From Dehalococcoidia bacterium (GTDB lineage Bacteria > Chloroflexota > Dehalococcoidia > Lucifugimonadales > UBA3495), in contig CBDBDN010000005.1 of NCBI GenBank assembly GCA_965203855.1, forward strand, positions 65,804-129,803: a stretch of 64,000 bases of DNA, written 5' to 3'. Below, one piece after another: positions 20,183-29,142 of this stretch (its first letter is position 1; each line of letters starts with the position of its first letter). Below the pieces are notes generated by a model. The model ran no database searches. It was not told where the DNA came from and was given only the letters and a program-made list of their open reading frames with translations. The position numbers were made by a program, and so were the translations under genes.

Positions 20183-21949
20183 ATGCAACGCACCTTCAGG
20201 CTGGCCCTGGCCCAGTTCAACCCTACCGTGGGCGATGTTGCCGGGAACACTGCTCGCATCATTGACCTCATCGGCGCCGCCCGCGCGGCCCATGCCGACC
20301 TCGTGGCCTTCCCGGAACTGGCCGTTACCGGCTATCCGCCGGAGGACCTGCTGTTCAAGCCCTCCTTTCTGGACGACAACGCCGCCGCCGTGCAGCGCAT
20401 CGCCGCCGCCACCCGGGGCATCGCCGCCGTAGTCGGCTGCGTCGCCGTGGATGGCGACATCGCTAACGCCGCCGCCGTCATCCACGACGGGCGCCTGATT
20501 GACCATTACCGCAAAATTTACCTGCCCAACTACGGCGTCTTTGACGAAGATCGCTACTTCCGGCCCGGCGAAACCTGCCCGGTCTATGTCATCAACGGCG
20601 TATCCGTCGGCGTCAACATCTGCGAGGACATCTGGTATCCCGTCGGCCCGGCTGCCGTGCAACGCGACGCCGGCGCCGAAATTATCGTCAACATCAACGC
20701 CTCCCCCTTTCACGCCGGCAAAGCCGCGCAGCGCGAGCGCATGATTGCCACCCGCGCCGCCGACCACGGCATCTATGTCGCTTATCTCAACACCGTCGGC
20801 GGCCAGGACGAACTGGTCTTTGACGGCAGCAGCATCGTTTGCGGCCCGGACGGAGCGGTCGTCGCGCGCGGCCCCGCCTTTGAGGACTGCCTGCTCGTGG
20901 CCGATTTGGACAGCGACGCTGTGTTCCGGCAGCGCCTCCGGGATTCCCGTCCCCGCAAGGAACAACCCGGCATCCTCTCCGCAATCGGCCAGCCGCAGGT
21001 TACCGTGGTTTCCCAGCTCGGCTTTGCCGCGCCCCGCAATCCGGTTGCGCCGGCAATCCATCCCGTCCTTGATGATATTGAGGAAATCTATCAGGCTCTG
21101 GTAGTCGGCACGCGGGATTATGTCCGCAAGTCCGGCTTCCACAGCGCCCTCGTCGGCCTTTCCGGCGGCATCGATTCTGCCCTAACCGCCGCCATCGCCG
21201 CCGACGCCCTCGGTGCCGCTAATGTGCTGGGCGTTACGATGCCGTCCCGCTATTCATCCGAAGGCAGCGTCGCCGACTCCGCGCAGCTGGCCGATAACCT
21301 CGGCATCACGATGTGGCGCATCCCCATCGAGCCGGCGCACCTCGCCTTTGACGAGCTGCTCGCCGACCATTTCGCCGGCGCCGCCCCCGATGTTGCCGAG
21401 GAAAATGTCCAGGCCCGCATCCGCGGCAACCTCCTCATGACTATATCCAACAAGTTCGGCCGGCTGGTATTGACTACCGGCAACAAGAGCGAACTGGCTA
21501 TGGGCTACGCTACCCTGTACGGGGATATGGCCGGCGGTTTCGCCGTGCTGAAAGATGTCCCCAAAACCCTGGTGTACGCCCTCAGCCGCTGGCGCAACGA
21601 CCGCACCCCCGACGGCCATCCCCTGATTCCCCTGTCCATCCTGGTCAAACCTCCCAGCGCCGAACTCCGCCCCAACCAGGCCGACCAGGATACCCTGCCC
21701 CCCTACGACCTCCTGGATCCAATCATCAAAGCCTATGTTGAGGACGACTGCGGTTTTGCCGATATGGTCGCAATGGGCCACAACCCCGACTGGATCCGGC
21801 AGGTAATGGCCGCCGTCGACCGCAACGAATACAAACGCCGCCAAGCCCCGCCCGGCGTCAAAATTACCCCCCGCGCTTTCGGCAAAGACCGCCGCCTGCC
21901 CATCGTCAACCGCTACCGCCCCGAAACCGCGGCCTGGCCGCAGCCCTGA
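20183..21949 (+). CDS. nadE: glutamine-dependent NAD+ synthetase
   Basis: N-terminal CN-hydrolase domain (FRLALAQFNP...AFPELAVTGYPPEDL...ICEDIW) and C-terminal synthetase with the SGGIDSA PP-loop. The track ORF starts at 20165; ATG 20183 (MQRTF) is preferred. Confidence 0.95.
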   Translation: MQRTFRLALAQFNPTVGDVAGNTARIIDLIGAARAAHADLVAFPELAVTGYPPEDLLFKPSFLDDNAAAVQRIAAATRGIAAVVGCVAVDGDIANAAAVIHDGRLIDHYRKIYLPNYGVFDEDRYFRPGETCPVYVINGVSVGVNICEDIWYPVGPAAVQRDAGAEIIVNINASPFHAGKAAQRERMIATRAADHGIYVAYLNTVGGQDELVFDGSSIVCGPDGAVVARGPAFEDCLLVADLDSDAVFRQRLRDSRPRKEQPGILSAIGQPQVTVVSQLGFAAPRNPVAPAIHPVLDDIEEIYQALVVGTRDYVRKSGFHSALVGLSGGIDSALTAAIAADALGAANVLGVTMPSRYSSEGSVADSAQLADNLGITMWRIPIEPAHLAFDELLADHFAGAAPDVAEENVQARIRGNLLMTISNKFGRLVLTTGNKSELAMGYATLYGDMAGGFAVLKDVPKTLVYALSRWRNDRTPDGHPLIPLSILVKPPSAELRPNQADQDTLPPYDLLDPIIKAYVEDDCGFADMVAMGHNPDWIRQVMAAVDRNEYKRRQAPPGVKITPRAFGKDRRLPIVNRYRPETAAWPQP

Positions 21950-22040
21950 TACCCTCTGCGCCGACCGGCCGCCCGCATCCGCTATAATTTCAATCGCAAG
22001 ACTGGCACCGGACTGGCGCCGGATTGGAGGAGAACCTCTT

Positions 22041-22505
22041 ATGGAAATTGAACGCAAACTGGCTGAAATGGGCCTCGCCGTCAGCGAACCCAACCCCTCT
22101 ATCGGCAATTTCGTGCCGGCGGTACGCGCCGGCAATCTGCTGTTTGTGTCCGGCAACCTGCCCCGGCTGCCCGACGGCAGTATGGCCGCCAGCGGCAAGC
22201 TGGGCCGCGAAGTCAGCGTTGATGAGGGCTACGCCGCCGCCCGGCAGTGCGCCGTCAACTGCCTCTCCGCCGCCCGCAGCATCATCGGCGACCTGGACAA
22301 AGTGCAGCGCATCGTCAAACTGCTGGTAATGGTCAACAGCGACCCCGCTTTTGACCAGCAGCCCCAGGTCGGCAACGGCGCCTCCGACCTGCTGGTCGAG
22401 CTGTACGGCGCATCCGGCCGGCACGCCCGTTCCGCAGTCGGCATGGCCGCCCTCCCCCGCAACGCCCCGGTAGAAGTGGAAATGGTGCTGGAAGTGGCCG
22501 ACTAA
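22041..22505 (+). CDS. RidA/YjgF-family protein
   Basis: 154 aa with GNLLFVSGNLP...ARSAVGMAALPRNAPVEVEMV. Strong GGAGGAG RBS. Confidence 0.85.
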   Translation: MEIERKLAEMGLAVSEPNPSIGNFVPAVRAGNLLFVSGNLPRLPDGSMAASGKLGREVSVDEGYAAARQCAVNCLSAARSIIGDLDKVQRIVKLLVMVNSDPAFDQQPQVGNGASDLLVELYGASGRHARSAVGMAALPRNAPVEVEMVLEVAD

Positions 22506-22601
22506 ACGCTGCGGACTAAATGCGGAGACGCCGGAGCGCGCAGACTAAATGCGCCGCCGGGGCGAGTAGTCATTCGCCTTTATTGACCACAGGAAAGCCG
22601 C

Positions 22602-23093
22602 TTACTGCCGGGTAAGCGGTAAAGCCGGCGATATTGTTTCGCTGCCCCTCCGGCTTAGCATAAAGCAGACGATGGGGGATGCAATGCCGGCTGCGATGAT
22701 AACGCTAATCATCATACGGGTAGCGGCAAGGATAACGATTTCAACAGCAACGGAGCCCGGCGCGACCCCAGGGGGATACGGCAGTGCCACATTAGCGATA
22801 AACCCCAATCCCATCAGTATGATTCCACCGGGCAGCGCTGCGATAGTTGCGCCAACTACCCCGGCGGCTATACTGCCAGGGGTGCGAATCAGAATGTGCC
22901 GCCAAGTAGGACAGGATTTTGTCCGGCAGTAGATCGCGGATCCGGCGATTGCGCCGATAGCGGCAGCGATGGTCACAGCAAAAGCCATATCGTAATCACC
23001 TTCGCCTGGCGGGGTGACGGTGAGGTTTTCCAGCAGCACGACATAACCGGCGGCAGCAGAGGCGATGATAAATACGGCGATAGTGATTATCAT
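22602..23093 (-). CDS. hypothetical integral membrane protein
   Basis: 163 aa with 4-5 hydrophobic Gly/Ala/Ile-rich segments. GC is lower than in the flanks. Confidence 0.55.
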   Translation of the reverse strand: MIITIAVFIIASAAAGYVVLLENLTVTPPGEGDYDMAFAVTIAAAIGAIAGSAIYCRTKSCPTWRHILIRTPGSIAAGVVGATIAALPGGIILMGLGFIANVALPYPPGVAPGSVAVEIVILAATRMMISVIIAAGIASPIVCFMLSRRGSETISPALPLTRQ

Positions 23094-23194
23094 AGGAATC
23101 CTCCAAAACCGTCATCCCGACGCAAGCGGCGGTAGCCCGTATCATAACCGTTCCGGCGGCGGCGTCATGCGGGGTCGATGCCCGGCGGTATCAA

Positions 23195-23752
23195 TTACAC
23201 AATATCCCGCACCCGGCAAGCGAACCCCGGCAGTATGCCCCCAAGCTCCAGCGCATCGTCAACAGTCAAGTCCACCGCTGGACGGTTAGGGCGGCGCACG
23301 CTTATAGTAAGCGTTTCCGGGTTGACCGCCAAAGCCGCCCGCGCCCCATAGCGCAGCCACATCGCCGCCTTGTCATCCGCCGCCGCCACTCCATCCGATG
23401 GCGATACGATTTCAACCACCAGATCAGGAACAACGGGGCAGTAGCCGCTAATGGCAATGTCCAACGGCAGCCGTTCCGCAGACACATAAGCCACATCCGG
23501 CTCCCGCACGGTATCCGGGTTGCGTTCCAGCAGTACGCCGGCATCGGAACCAAAAACGCGCCCCAGCCGCCGGGGGCGCACATACGCCAGCAGAATCGCC
23601 CCCAAGGTCATCGCTATTTCACCGTGCTTCAAACCGACGGACATAGTTGCGTGCAGTTCTCCCCGGATTAGTTCGCCTTTGACGCCTTTGCTGTGCAAAC
23701 GCAACAGGTCATCGGCCGTCAGCAGCCGCGGCTTGGCAATCGTCGTTGTCAT
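23195..23752 (-). CDS. Uma2-family (DUF820) PD-(D/E)xK endonuclease-like protein
   Basis: GELIRGEL..M.....HGEI...L...L.......GRVF....GV.L........EPDVAYVS......PDLVVEIVSPSD is the classic Uma2 layout. Confidence 0.8.
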   Translation of the reverse strand: MTTTIAKPRLLTADDLLRLHSKGVKGELIRGELHATMSVGLKHGEIAMTLGAILLAYVRPRRLGRVFGSDAGVLLERNPDTVREPDVAYVSAERLPLDIAISGYCPVVPDLVVEIVSPSDGVAAADDKAAMWLRYGARAALAVNPETLTISVRRPNRPAVDLTVDDALELGGILPGFACRVRDIV

Positions 23753-23794
23753 GTCAGTTCCCCCAATCAGTCAATCGCCAACGCGCCGGGCGGT

Positions 23795-24421
23795 TCATGC
23801 CATCGGCCGGCCGGACAAATCCAGTTCCGACTCATCCCGCCGCGGCGCGAACTCGTGACCGCCGCGCGAGGATTCCCGGAAAGTTATGGCGTTGTAATAA
23901 TCATCCAACGGTATGAAAACGCCGTTGGCTTCCGCCCAAAGACGCATCCTCCGATTGCAGGAATGCTGCCACGACAGTATTTCTACCCGCCAGCCCCGCC
24001 GGTGCATCCGTTCCAGTGTGCTGTGAAAACCGCGTCCTTCAACATAGCCCGCTCCGTCGCCGGTCAGCAATGCCACGATACCGGGGTTGCCGTTGTAATC
24101 CAGCGCATCCTCCAACATACGCAGTTGCAGCCATTGGTCGGGCGTTTCCTGTTCGCCGCTGGCGCGCTCGCCCCGATCGAAAAGATGCACTTCTACGCCC
24201 CGGTTTTCCAAACGGTTCCAGAGCTGGCGCATTTGCGGCGGAATTGAGCCGGCCGCCAACGCCTTGGTTAGAGGCCGGTCGGCATGGGCCAGGCGCAGTA
24301 TATTGTCAAAGTGAATGCGTACCAGCTCCCGGGCGCCGGGAGTGGTTTCAAATTCCGCAGTCAGCCGCTGCGCTTCATGGAATATGTTGGAATTGTCCCA
24401 ATAGACGAAAACGCCGCTCAT
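23795..24421 (-). CDS. NYN-domain (LabA/PIN-like) protein
   Basis: VFVYWDNSNIF at the N-terminus, then IVALLTGDGAG and RRGWRVEILSW blocks, 208 aa. Confidence 0.7.
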   Translation of the reverse strand: MSGVFVYWDNSNIFHEAQRLTAEFETTPGARELVRIHFDNILRLAHADRPLTKALAAGSIPPQMRQLWNRLENRGVEVHLFDRGERASGEQETPDQWLQLRMLEDALDYNGNPGIVALLTGDGAGYVEGRGFHSTLERMHRRGWRVEILSWQHSCNRRMRLWAEANGVFIPLDDYYNAITFRESSRGGHEFAPRRDESELDLSGRPMA

Positions 24422-24472
24422 CGCTTGCTGCCCCTCGGTTTCAGTGTTGATTCCAGTGCCGAGTCCAGTGTA

Positions 24473-25129
24473 TCACGCTGCCCCATCCCCCTCTGCGGCC
24501 CCCTCTCGGTAAGCGAACACCGCAAACAGCGGATCCGACGGCGGCGCAGTCTCGGCGTTGGACAGCCCGCCCCGCACGCCGGACAGCCCGCCGGCATAAT
24601 GCATATAAGACGCTACCAGCTCAATATGATCCTCGTCGCTGCTGCCGCGCCACACCCGCACCGCTTTGGTAGGAAAGCACCGGTTGGAAAAAGTTGCGAT
24701 GCACACCCCGCCCGGCCGCAGTATCCGGGATACTTCGGCAAACATTTCCAGCGGATGAATCAAATACTGCACCGACACCGTAATAACTACCGCGTCAAAA
24801 GAGGCATCGGCAAAGGGCAGGGACGGGTCGGCATTAATATCCCGCAGCAAGTACTCCGACAGCTGCGGATTGTCCGCCATCTCGGCCGCGTTCATCCCCA
24901 GCCCCACAATGCGGCGATACGGATGACCCGCCGGCCAGTGCGTCCGCCAGCTGCTCATCAAATCCAGCACCTCGGCGCCTTCCGGTATCAGCCGCCGAAA
25001 CAGCCGCCCCACCGCCGCAATCGCCCCATCGTCAATATGCACGACCCGGCGGGGCATCGTATAAAACTCGGCGTCGTCGCTTTCATCCTCCCGCTGAAAA
25101 AACTCCGGCGGAAAGCTGCGCGGATCCAT
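24473..25129 (-). CDS. class I SAM-dependent methyltransferase
   Basis: VLDLMSSW (motif I-like) and ILRPGGVCIATFSN. The track ORF extends to 25195; ATG at complement 25129 with GGGAGG upstream is the likelier start. Confidence 0.75.
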   Translation of the reverse strand: MDPRSFPPEFFQREDESDDAEFYTMPRRVVHIDDGAIAAVGRLFRRLIPEGAEVLDLMSSWRTHWPAGHPYRRIVGLGMNAAEMADNPQLSEYLLRDINADPSLPFADASFDAVVITVSVQYLIHPLEMFAEVSRILRPGGVCIATFSNRCFPTKAVRVWRGSSDEDHIELVASYMHYAGGLSGVRGGLSNAETAPPSDPLFAVFAYREGAAEGDGAA

Positions 25130-25278
25130 TGCCAAACCAAGCCTCCCGGCGCGTAAGCGGGCCCCATGCCCGGCGCACGACGAATCTCCCGCCATTGTAC
25201 GCCGGCCACAACGCCCGGCGCAATCCCAACCCTACATCTGCCATCCCAACCCCTACGCCGTCATCCCGTCCCCCCAAC

Positions 25279-25511
25279 CGTCATTCCGGCGCAAGCCGGA
25301 ATCCATATCCGCCCCCCCAACCGTCACTCCCAACCTCAACCGTCATTCCGGCGCAAGCCGGAATCCATATCCGTCCCCCCAACCGTCACTCCCAACCTCA
25401 ACCGTCATTCCGGCGCAAGCCGGAATCCATATCCGCCCCCCCAACCGTCACTCCCAACCTCAACCGTCATCCCCGGCCCCTCAACCGTCATTCCGGCGCA
25501 AGCCGGAATCC
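25279..25511 (+). repeat. array of four REP-like hairpins, 62-bp period
   Basis: Hairpins at 25279-25304, 25341-25366, 25403-25428 and 25486-25511. The inter-hairpin DNA is itself repeated (atatccgcccccccaaccgtcactcccaacctcaac). Confidence 0.9.
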
Positions 25512-25595
25512 CGCCGCCATAATGGACCCCGACCGGCGCCGGGAAAACGGTCTTATAGATCAACCACCCGCAACGCAGCCGGCCCGCCGGCCGGA

Positions 25596-26141
25596 TTAGT
25601 AGCACCAGGCCATATTAGCCCAGCGCGTATAAAGGCCGCCCGAATAGCCCGTCCGCTCAACCACTTCAATTGCTAGGTATTTAGTCCCGTCAAAACCGTC
25701 GCTGGCGCTGATAACCCCGTCGCCGTTCCGGTCTATGATCGCGATCTGCGGATCAAAATCGTCTAGCGCCCGCACATAAGCAGTCCGCCCATCCCCAACT
25801 TCAACCGGATAATGATAGTGGACATTATTCGGATCGGTAAGGGTTTCCTCAGAAATTTGCCAAGATGTTCGCAACCGCTCGTAGTAAGTAACCAAGTGAG
25901 CGGCCCCTTCCAGCACAATCGCCCAGCCGCCAGAGCTGCTCCAGTTGTTGACGCCCACTTCGTCGCGGACAACGTACCAGCGGGGCTGCTGGCCGTATTC
26001 GTGGCAAACCCGCTGGGTGTATTCGTAGCCGTCCGGACCGGCCGCTTTAGCGGGGGGGGGGGGGGGGGCGAAAATTCCCAAGGCGATGACGGCAAAAACG
26101 CCGACGCCGATCAAGGACACCGATGCAATCAGGTTAAGCAT
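25596..26141 (-). CDS. secreted/anchored hypothetical protein with EF-hand-type calcium loop
   Basis: N-terminal signal anchor, then PPPPP encoded by a 17-nt C run. Canonical loop DRNGDGVISASD at 25698-25733. No family recognised. Confidence 0.55.
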   Translation of the reverse strand: MLNLIASVSLIGVGVFAVIALGIFAPPPPPAKAAGPDGYEYTQRVCHEYGQQPRWYVVRDEVGVNNWSSSGGWAIVLEGAAHLVTYYERLRTSWQISEETLTDPNNVHYHYPVEVGDGRTAYVRALDDFDPQIAIIDRNGDGVISASDGFDGTKYLAIEVVERTGYSGGLYTRWANMAWCY

Positions 26142-26266
26142 AATGTTGCCTCTTTAGCATCGGGCCTATCATCGCAATTCGGTGAAGCGATTGTACCATA
26201 GGCAGCCGGGCGTCGCAAGCGGTCTATCCCCCAAGTTAGCGTTTCTAATCAGGCAATTTGCGCTTG

Positions 26267-26336
26267 CGTCATTCATTCCGGCCTCCCCAACCATCATTCC
26301 GGCCTCCCCAACCATCATTCCGGCGCAAGCCGGAAT
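26267..26336 (+). repeat. REP-like element: two left half-sites plus one full hairpin
   Basis: cgtcattcattccggcc, ccatcattccggcc, then ccatcattccggc-gcaa-gccggaat. Confidence 0.8.
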
Positions 26337-26360
26337 TAGCCGGCCCCGATGCCCACGCGC

Positions 26361-27029
26361 CTATTCCGCAGTGTACGGCGGCGGGTCACCCCGATTCACC
26401 GTCCCACCCAGCTCCGGCGCATTGCGCGACCGCAGCGCACTCCACCTTGCATTGGCCTCCGCGCGCATCTCATCGAGCACCACGACGCGCATTTCGGCGC
26501 GCGCCTCATCATTCATTTCGGCCTGAACTTCCGCGCGGACTTCCGCACGCACCTCATCACGCACCGCGGCGCGTACCTCCGCGGTCACCTCATCCCGAAA
26601 CCCCTCCCTGATCCGGTTGATCCTGGGCTCAATAAACTTCTCGTTGATAATTCCGGCAATAGACATCAGCATCCTCCCGCTGTTTGCGAGTATCGGCGTA
26701 GCCATCAGCGTCAGCGCCGTCAGGCCAATTACTATTTTGCTGAATTCATCCAGCAGTGTAAAGGTGTTGGCGTCAGGCTCGCGCAGGCGCGACGGCGTAA
26801 TTTCCAGCAGCGGCGCCGGCGGGCTGGACGCGTAGTGCGCCCCGGCCAACGCCGCCAGCCCCAGCCCCCACGCCAGCAGCAGCAGCGGGAAAAACACCCG
26901 CGCATCCTGCCGACCGATGCTCCAAATCGCAACCCTTTCATCCGCATCCGCCTGGCACAGAAACCGGCCGATGCGGTGCAATACCGCCGCCGTCGCCCGG
27001 CCCAGCAAGAGCAGCAGGCTATTGGGCAT
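26361..27029 (-). CDS. membrane protein with C-terminal charged repeat region
   Basis: Hydrophobic N-terminal half, then REGFRDEVTAEVRAAVRDEVRAEVRAEVQAEMNDEARAEMR, 222 aa. Confidence 0.5.
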   Translation of the reverse strand: MPNSLLLLLGRATAAVLHRIGRFLCQADADERVAIWSIGRQDARVFFPLLLLAWGLGLAALAGAHYASSPPAPLLEITPSRLREPDANTFTLLDEFSKIVIGLTALTLMATPILANSGRMLMSIAGIINEKFIEPRINRIREGFRDEVTAEVRAAVRDEVRAEVRAEVQAEMNDEARAEMRVVVLDEMRAEANARWSALRSRNAPELGGTVNRGDPPPYTAE

Positions 27030-27113
27030 TTCGCCTCGCAGTCAAAGCAGCCTTGCCTCCGTGTAGCGTTTCCAACTAGGCGGTTTAGTTTCCCATCATC
27101 CCGAACCCCCCAA

Positions 27114-27265
27114 CCATCATTCCGGCGCAAGCCGGAATCCCCCACCCCGCAACCAGCATTCCGCACCCCCTCAACCGTCATTCCGGCGCAAGCCGGAATC
27201 CACCCACTCCGCAACCATCATTCCCGCCCCCCCCCCAACCGTCATTCCGGCGCAAGCCGGAATCC
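27114..27265 (+). repeat. cluster of three REP-like hairpins
   Basis: Full copies at 27114-27140, 27176-27201 and 27240-27265, with half-sites and a 10-nt C run between them. Confidence 0.9.
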
Positions 27266-27354
27266 ACCCACTCCGATGGACTCGCCCTACGCCGAAATGA
27301 CGGACCCATACCCGGGCCACCCAAAAAGAAACGCCGGCCCGCCGTCCCCGCCGC

Positions 27355-28383
27355 CTAACTTTCGTCCACCCGGTACACCCGCACCGCGGTGTCGTGGAAC
27401 ATCGCCGCCCGCTCCGCAGACGAATACCCCGCCGACAGCCGCTTGAACGCGTTGTACATCACATTGTACGAGTAGGACACCTTGTCCACCGGAAAGTTGC
27501 TCTCAAACATACACCGCTCCGGGCCGAACTGCTCTATGCAGTAGTGCATCAGCGGCCCCATGCTCCGCGCCAGCTCCTCCGAACCCGCCGGAACATCCCG
27601 CAAATGCCAGTCAAACCCCGTCCGCGGCATCCCGATGCCGCCCAGCTTGATGACCACATTCGGCGCAGACGCCGCCGCCGCAATGCCCCGGCGCCAGGTT
27701 CCCATCACCTCATCGTCATTCCCAGCGTAAGGCCCCACCCGCAGCAGCCCGCCAATATGGTTCAGTACGATGGTCAGGTCAGGGACGGCCTTGGCGAACT
27801 CCGCCAGCTCCGGCAGCTGCGGAAAGTACATCCACCCTTCCAGCGACAGCCCCATCGCCGCCAGTACGCGCGCGCCCGCCCGAAAGTCGTCGCTGCCCAT
27901 CTGCTGCGGCATACGATGCGCCGCAGTGTTCTCAACCTCCGGATGCGGATCCCAGGTAACCGAATGCCGGATGCCGCGAAAACGGTTAGGACTCGCCGCC
28001 TGCAACGCCTCCAATACCGGCTTGACTCCGTCGCCCAGGTTCAAGTTGGCGTGTCCCACGATAGACGCTGCCGCCCGCCCCGGGCCGTACAACCCGCTGG
28101 CCGATGCCGCCGCCAGCCCTTGCACAAACTCAACCTCCCCAACCGGCCGCATCTCCTCAGGCCCCGAACTGCGGTACATTGACCGCGCCTCTACGAACAC
28201 CGTAGAGGTTACATTATGGCCGCTGTTGATGTCGTCCGCCAGCTCATGCAGCAGGTAGCGCTGATACGGAATCCGCTCCGTGCGGTAATCCCAAAAATGA
28301 TGATGCGGGTCGCAAATCGCTATCTCCGGCTCCAGCGTCTCCTCTTCCCGAAGCGCGTGCCAGTCATTGCCTCCAAATGGCAT
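27355..28383 (-). CDS. amidohydrolase-2 family hydrolase
   Basis: ICDPHHHFWD near the N-terminus and FESNFPVDK near the C-terminus, 342 aa. Confidence 0.85.
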   Translation of the reverse strand: MPFGGNDWHALREEETLEPEIAICDPHHHFWDYRTERIPYQRYLLHELADDINSGHNVTSTVFVEARSMYRSSGPEEMRPVGEVEFVQGLAAASASGLYGPGRAAASIVGHANLNLGDGVKPVLEALQAASPNRFRGIRHSVTWDPHPEVENTAAHRMPQQMGSDDFRAGARVLAAMGLSLEGWMYFPQLPELAEFAKAVPDLTIVLNHIGGLLRVGPYAGNDDEVMGTWRRGIAAAASAPNVVIKLGGIGMPRTGFDWHLRDVPAGSEELARSMGPLMHYCIEQFGPERCMFESNFPVDKVSYSYNVMYNAFKRLSAGYSSAERAAMFHDTAVRVYRVDES

Positions 28384-28595
28384 AATCCTGCCTCCTGTAC
28401 GCCGCTAATTTGCGCCCGCAGCGCCCTAACCCAATGCGATGCGCCCGCAGCGACCGCCATCATACCACAACCGCATCCCATACTCGGCCCCATTCTCCCG
28501 TTCCCCCGGTAACAGGGTAACGGTAAAATGCACCAACCCCACGTATCTGGTAGCCTGTACGCATCCAACACAACCCCCCAGCGAGGTTAGCCCCT

Positions 28596-28985
28596 ATGCC
28601 CGAAAGCAACAACCCACAAAGCCCAGACGCCCAGCGCCTGATTAACGAAGCCGCCCAAACCCGCGGCTATACCCTGGAAATGCACCGCATCAACGCCCTC
28701 GCCGACCCGGAATGGACGCAGAAATACGGCGAATTCATCGCAGCCACCTACACCGGCCAGCGCCTCCTGGACCGCAAAACCAAAGAGCTCCTCCAAATCT
28801 GCGTCGAAACCGCCCTCCGCGCCGACCAGGAGCAGATCCAGGCCCACATCCGCGTTGCCCTCAACGAAGGCGCATCTCCCCGCGAAATCCTGGAAGCGAT
28901 GCAGGCCGTCATCGCCCCCATGGGCGCCCTCGCCTTCCGCCGCGGCGTCCAGGCCTGGGCCGCCGAAACCGGCTTTCAATACTAA
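28596..28985 (+). CDS. carboxymuconolactone decarboxylase (AhpD-like) family protein
   Basis: 129 aa with LDRKTKELLQICVETAL....EQIQAHIRVALNEGASPREILEA. Confidence 0.75.
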   Translation: MPESNNPQSPDAQRLINEAAQTRGYTLEMHRINALADPEWTQKYGEFIAATYTGQRLLDRKTKELLQICVETALRADQEQIQAHIRVALNEGASPREILEAMQAVIAPMGALAFRRGVQAWAAETGFQY

Positions 28986-29089
28986 CCTCGCAAACTGCGC
29001 CGGGATGCCCCGTTGTGTACAATAAACCACGACCGCAGCCCGGCGCAGACTGCCGCACCACGCCGCACAACCCCGGCGCAATCGCCGGC

Positions 29090-29134
29090 TTAATCGTAGC
29101 GGGCCTAATCGTAGCGGGCTCAATCATAGAGGTA
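29090..29134 (+). repeat. 15-bp tandem direct repeat x3 immediately upstream of the MTase-HNH gene
   Basis: ttaatcgtagcgggc / ctaatcgtagcgggc / tcaatcatagaggta, ending 8 nt before ATG 29143. Confidence 0.75.
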
Positions 29135-29142
29135 ACCCCCCA

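Noticed and set aside
25279-25511. Possible CRISPR array (26-bp palindromic repeat with regular 62-bp period).
   Set aside because: The would-be spacers are nearly identical to one another. The repeat is the same REP hairpin scattered singly across the window, and no cas genes are present.
25129-27446. Plus-strand ORFs of 114-365 aa running through the REP clusters (peptides VIPAQAGI, RHSGASRNP, SFRRKPES).
   Set aside because: They are translations of the repeated hairpins and C-rich half-sites. They overlap better-supported minus-strand genes, and the same peptide strings recur wherever a REP occurs.
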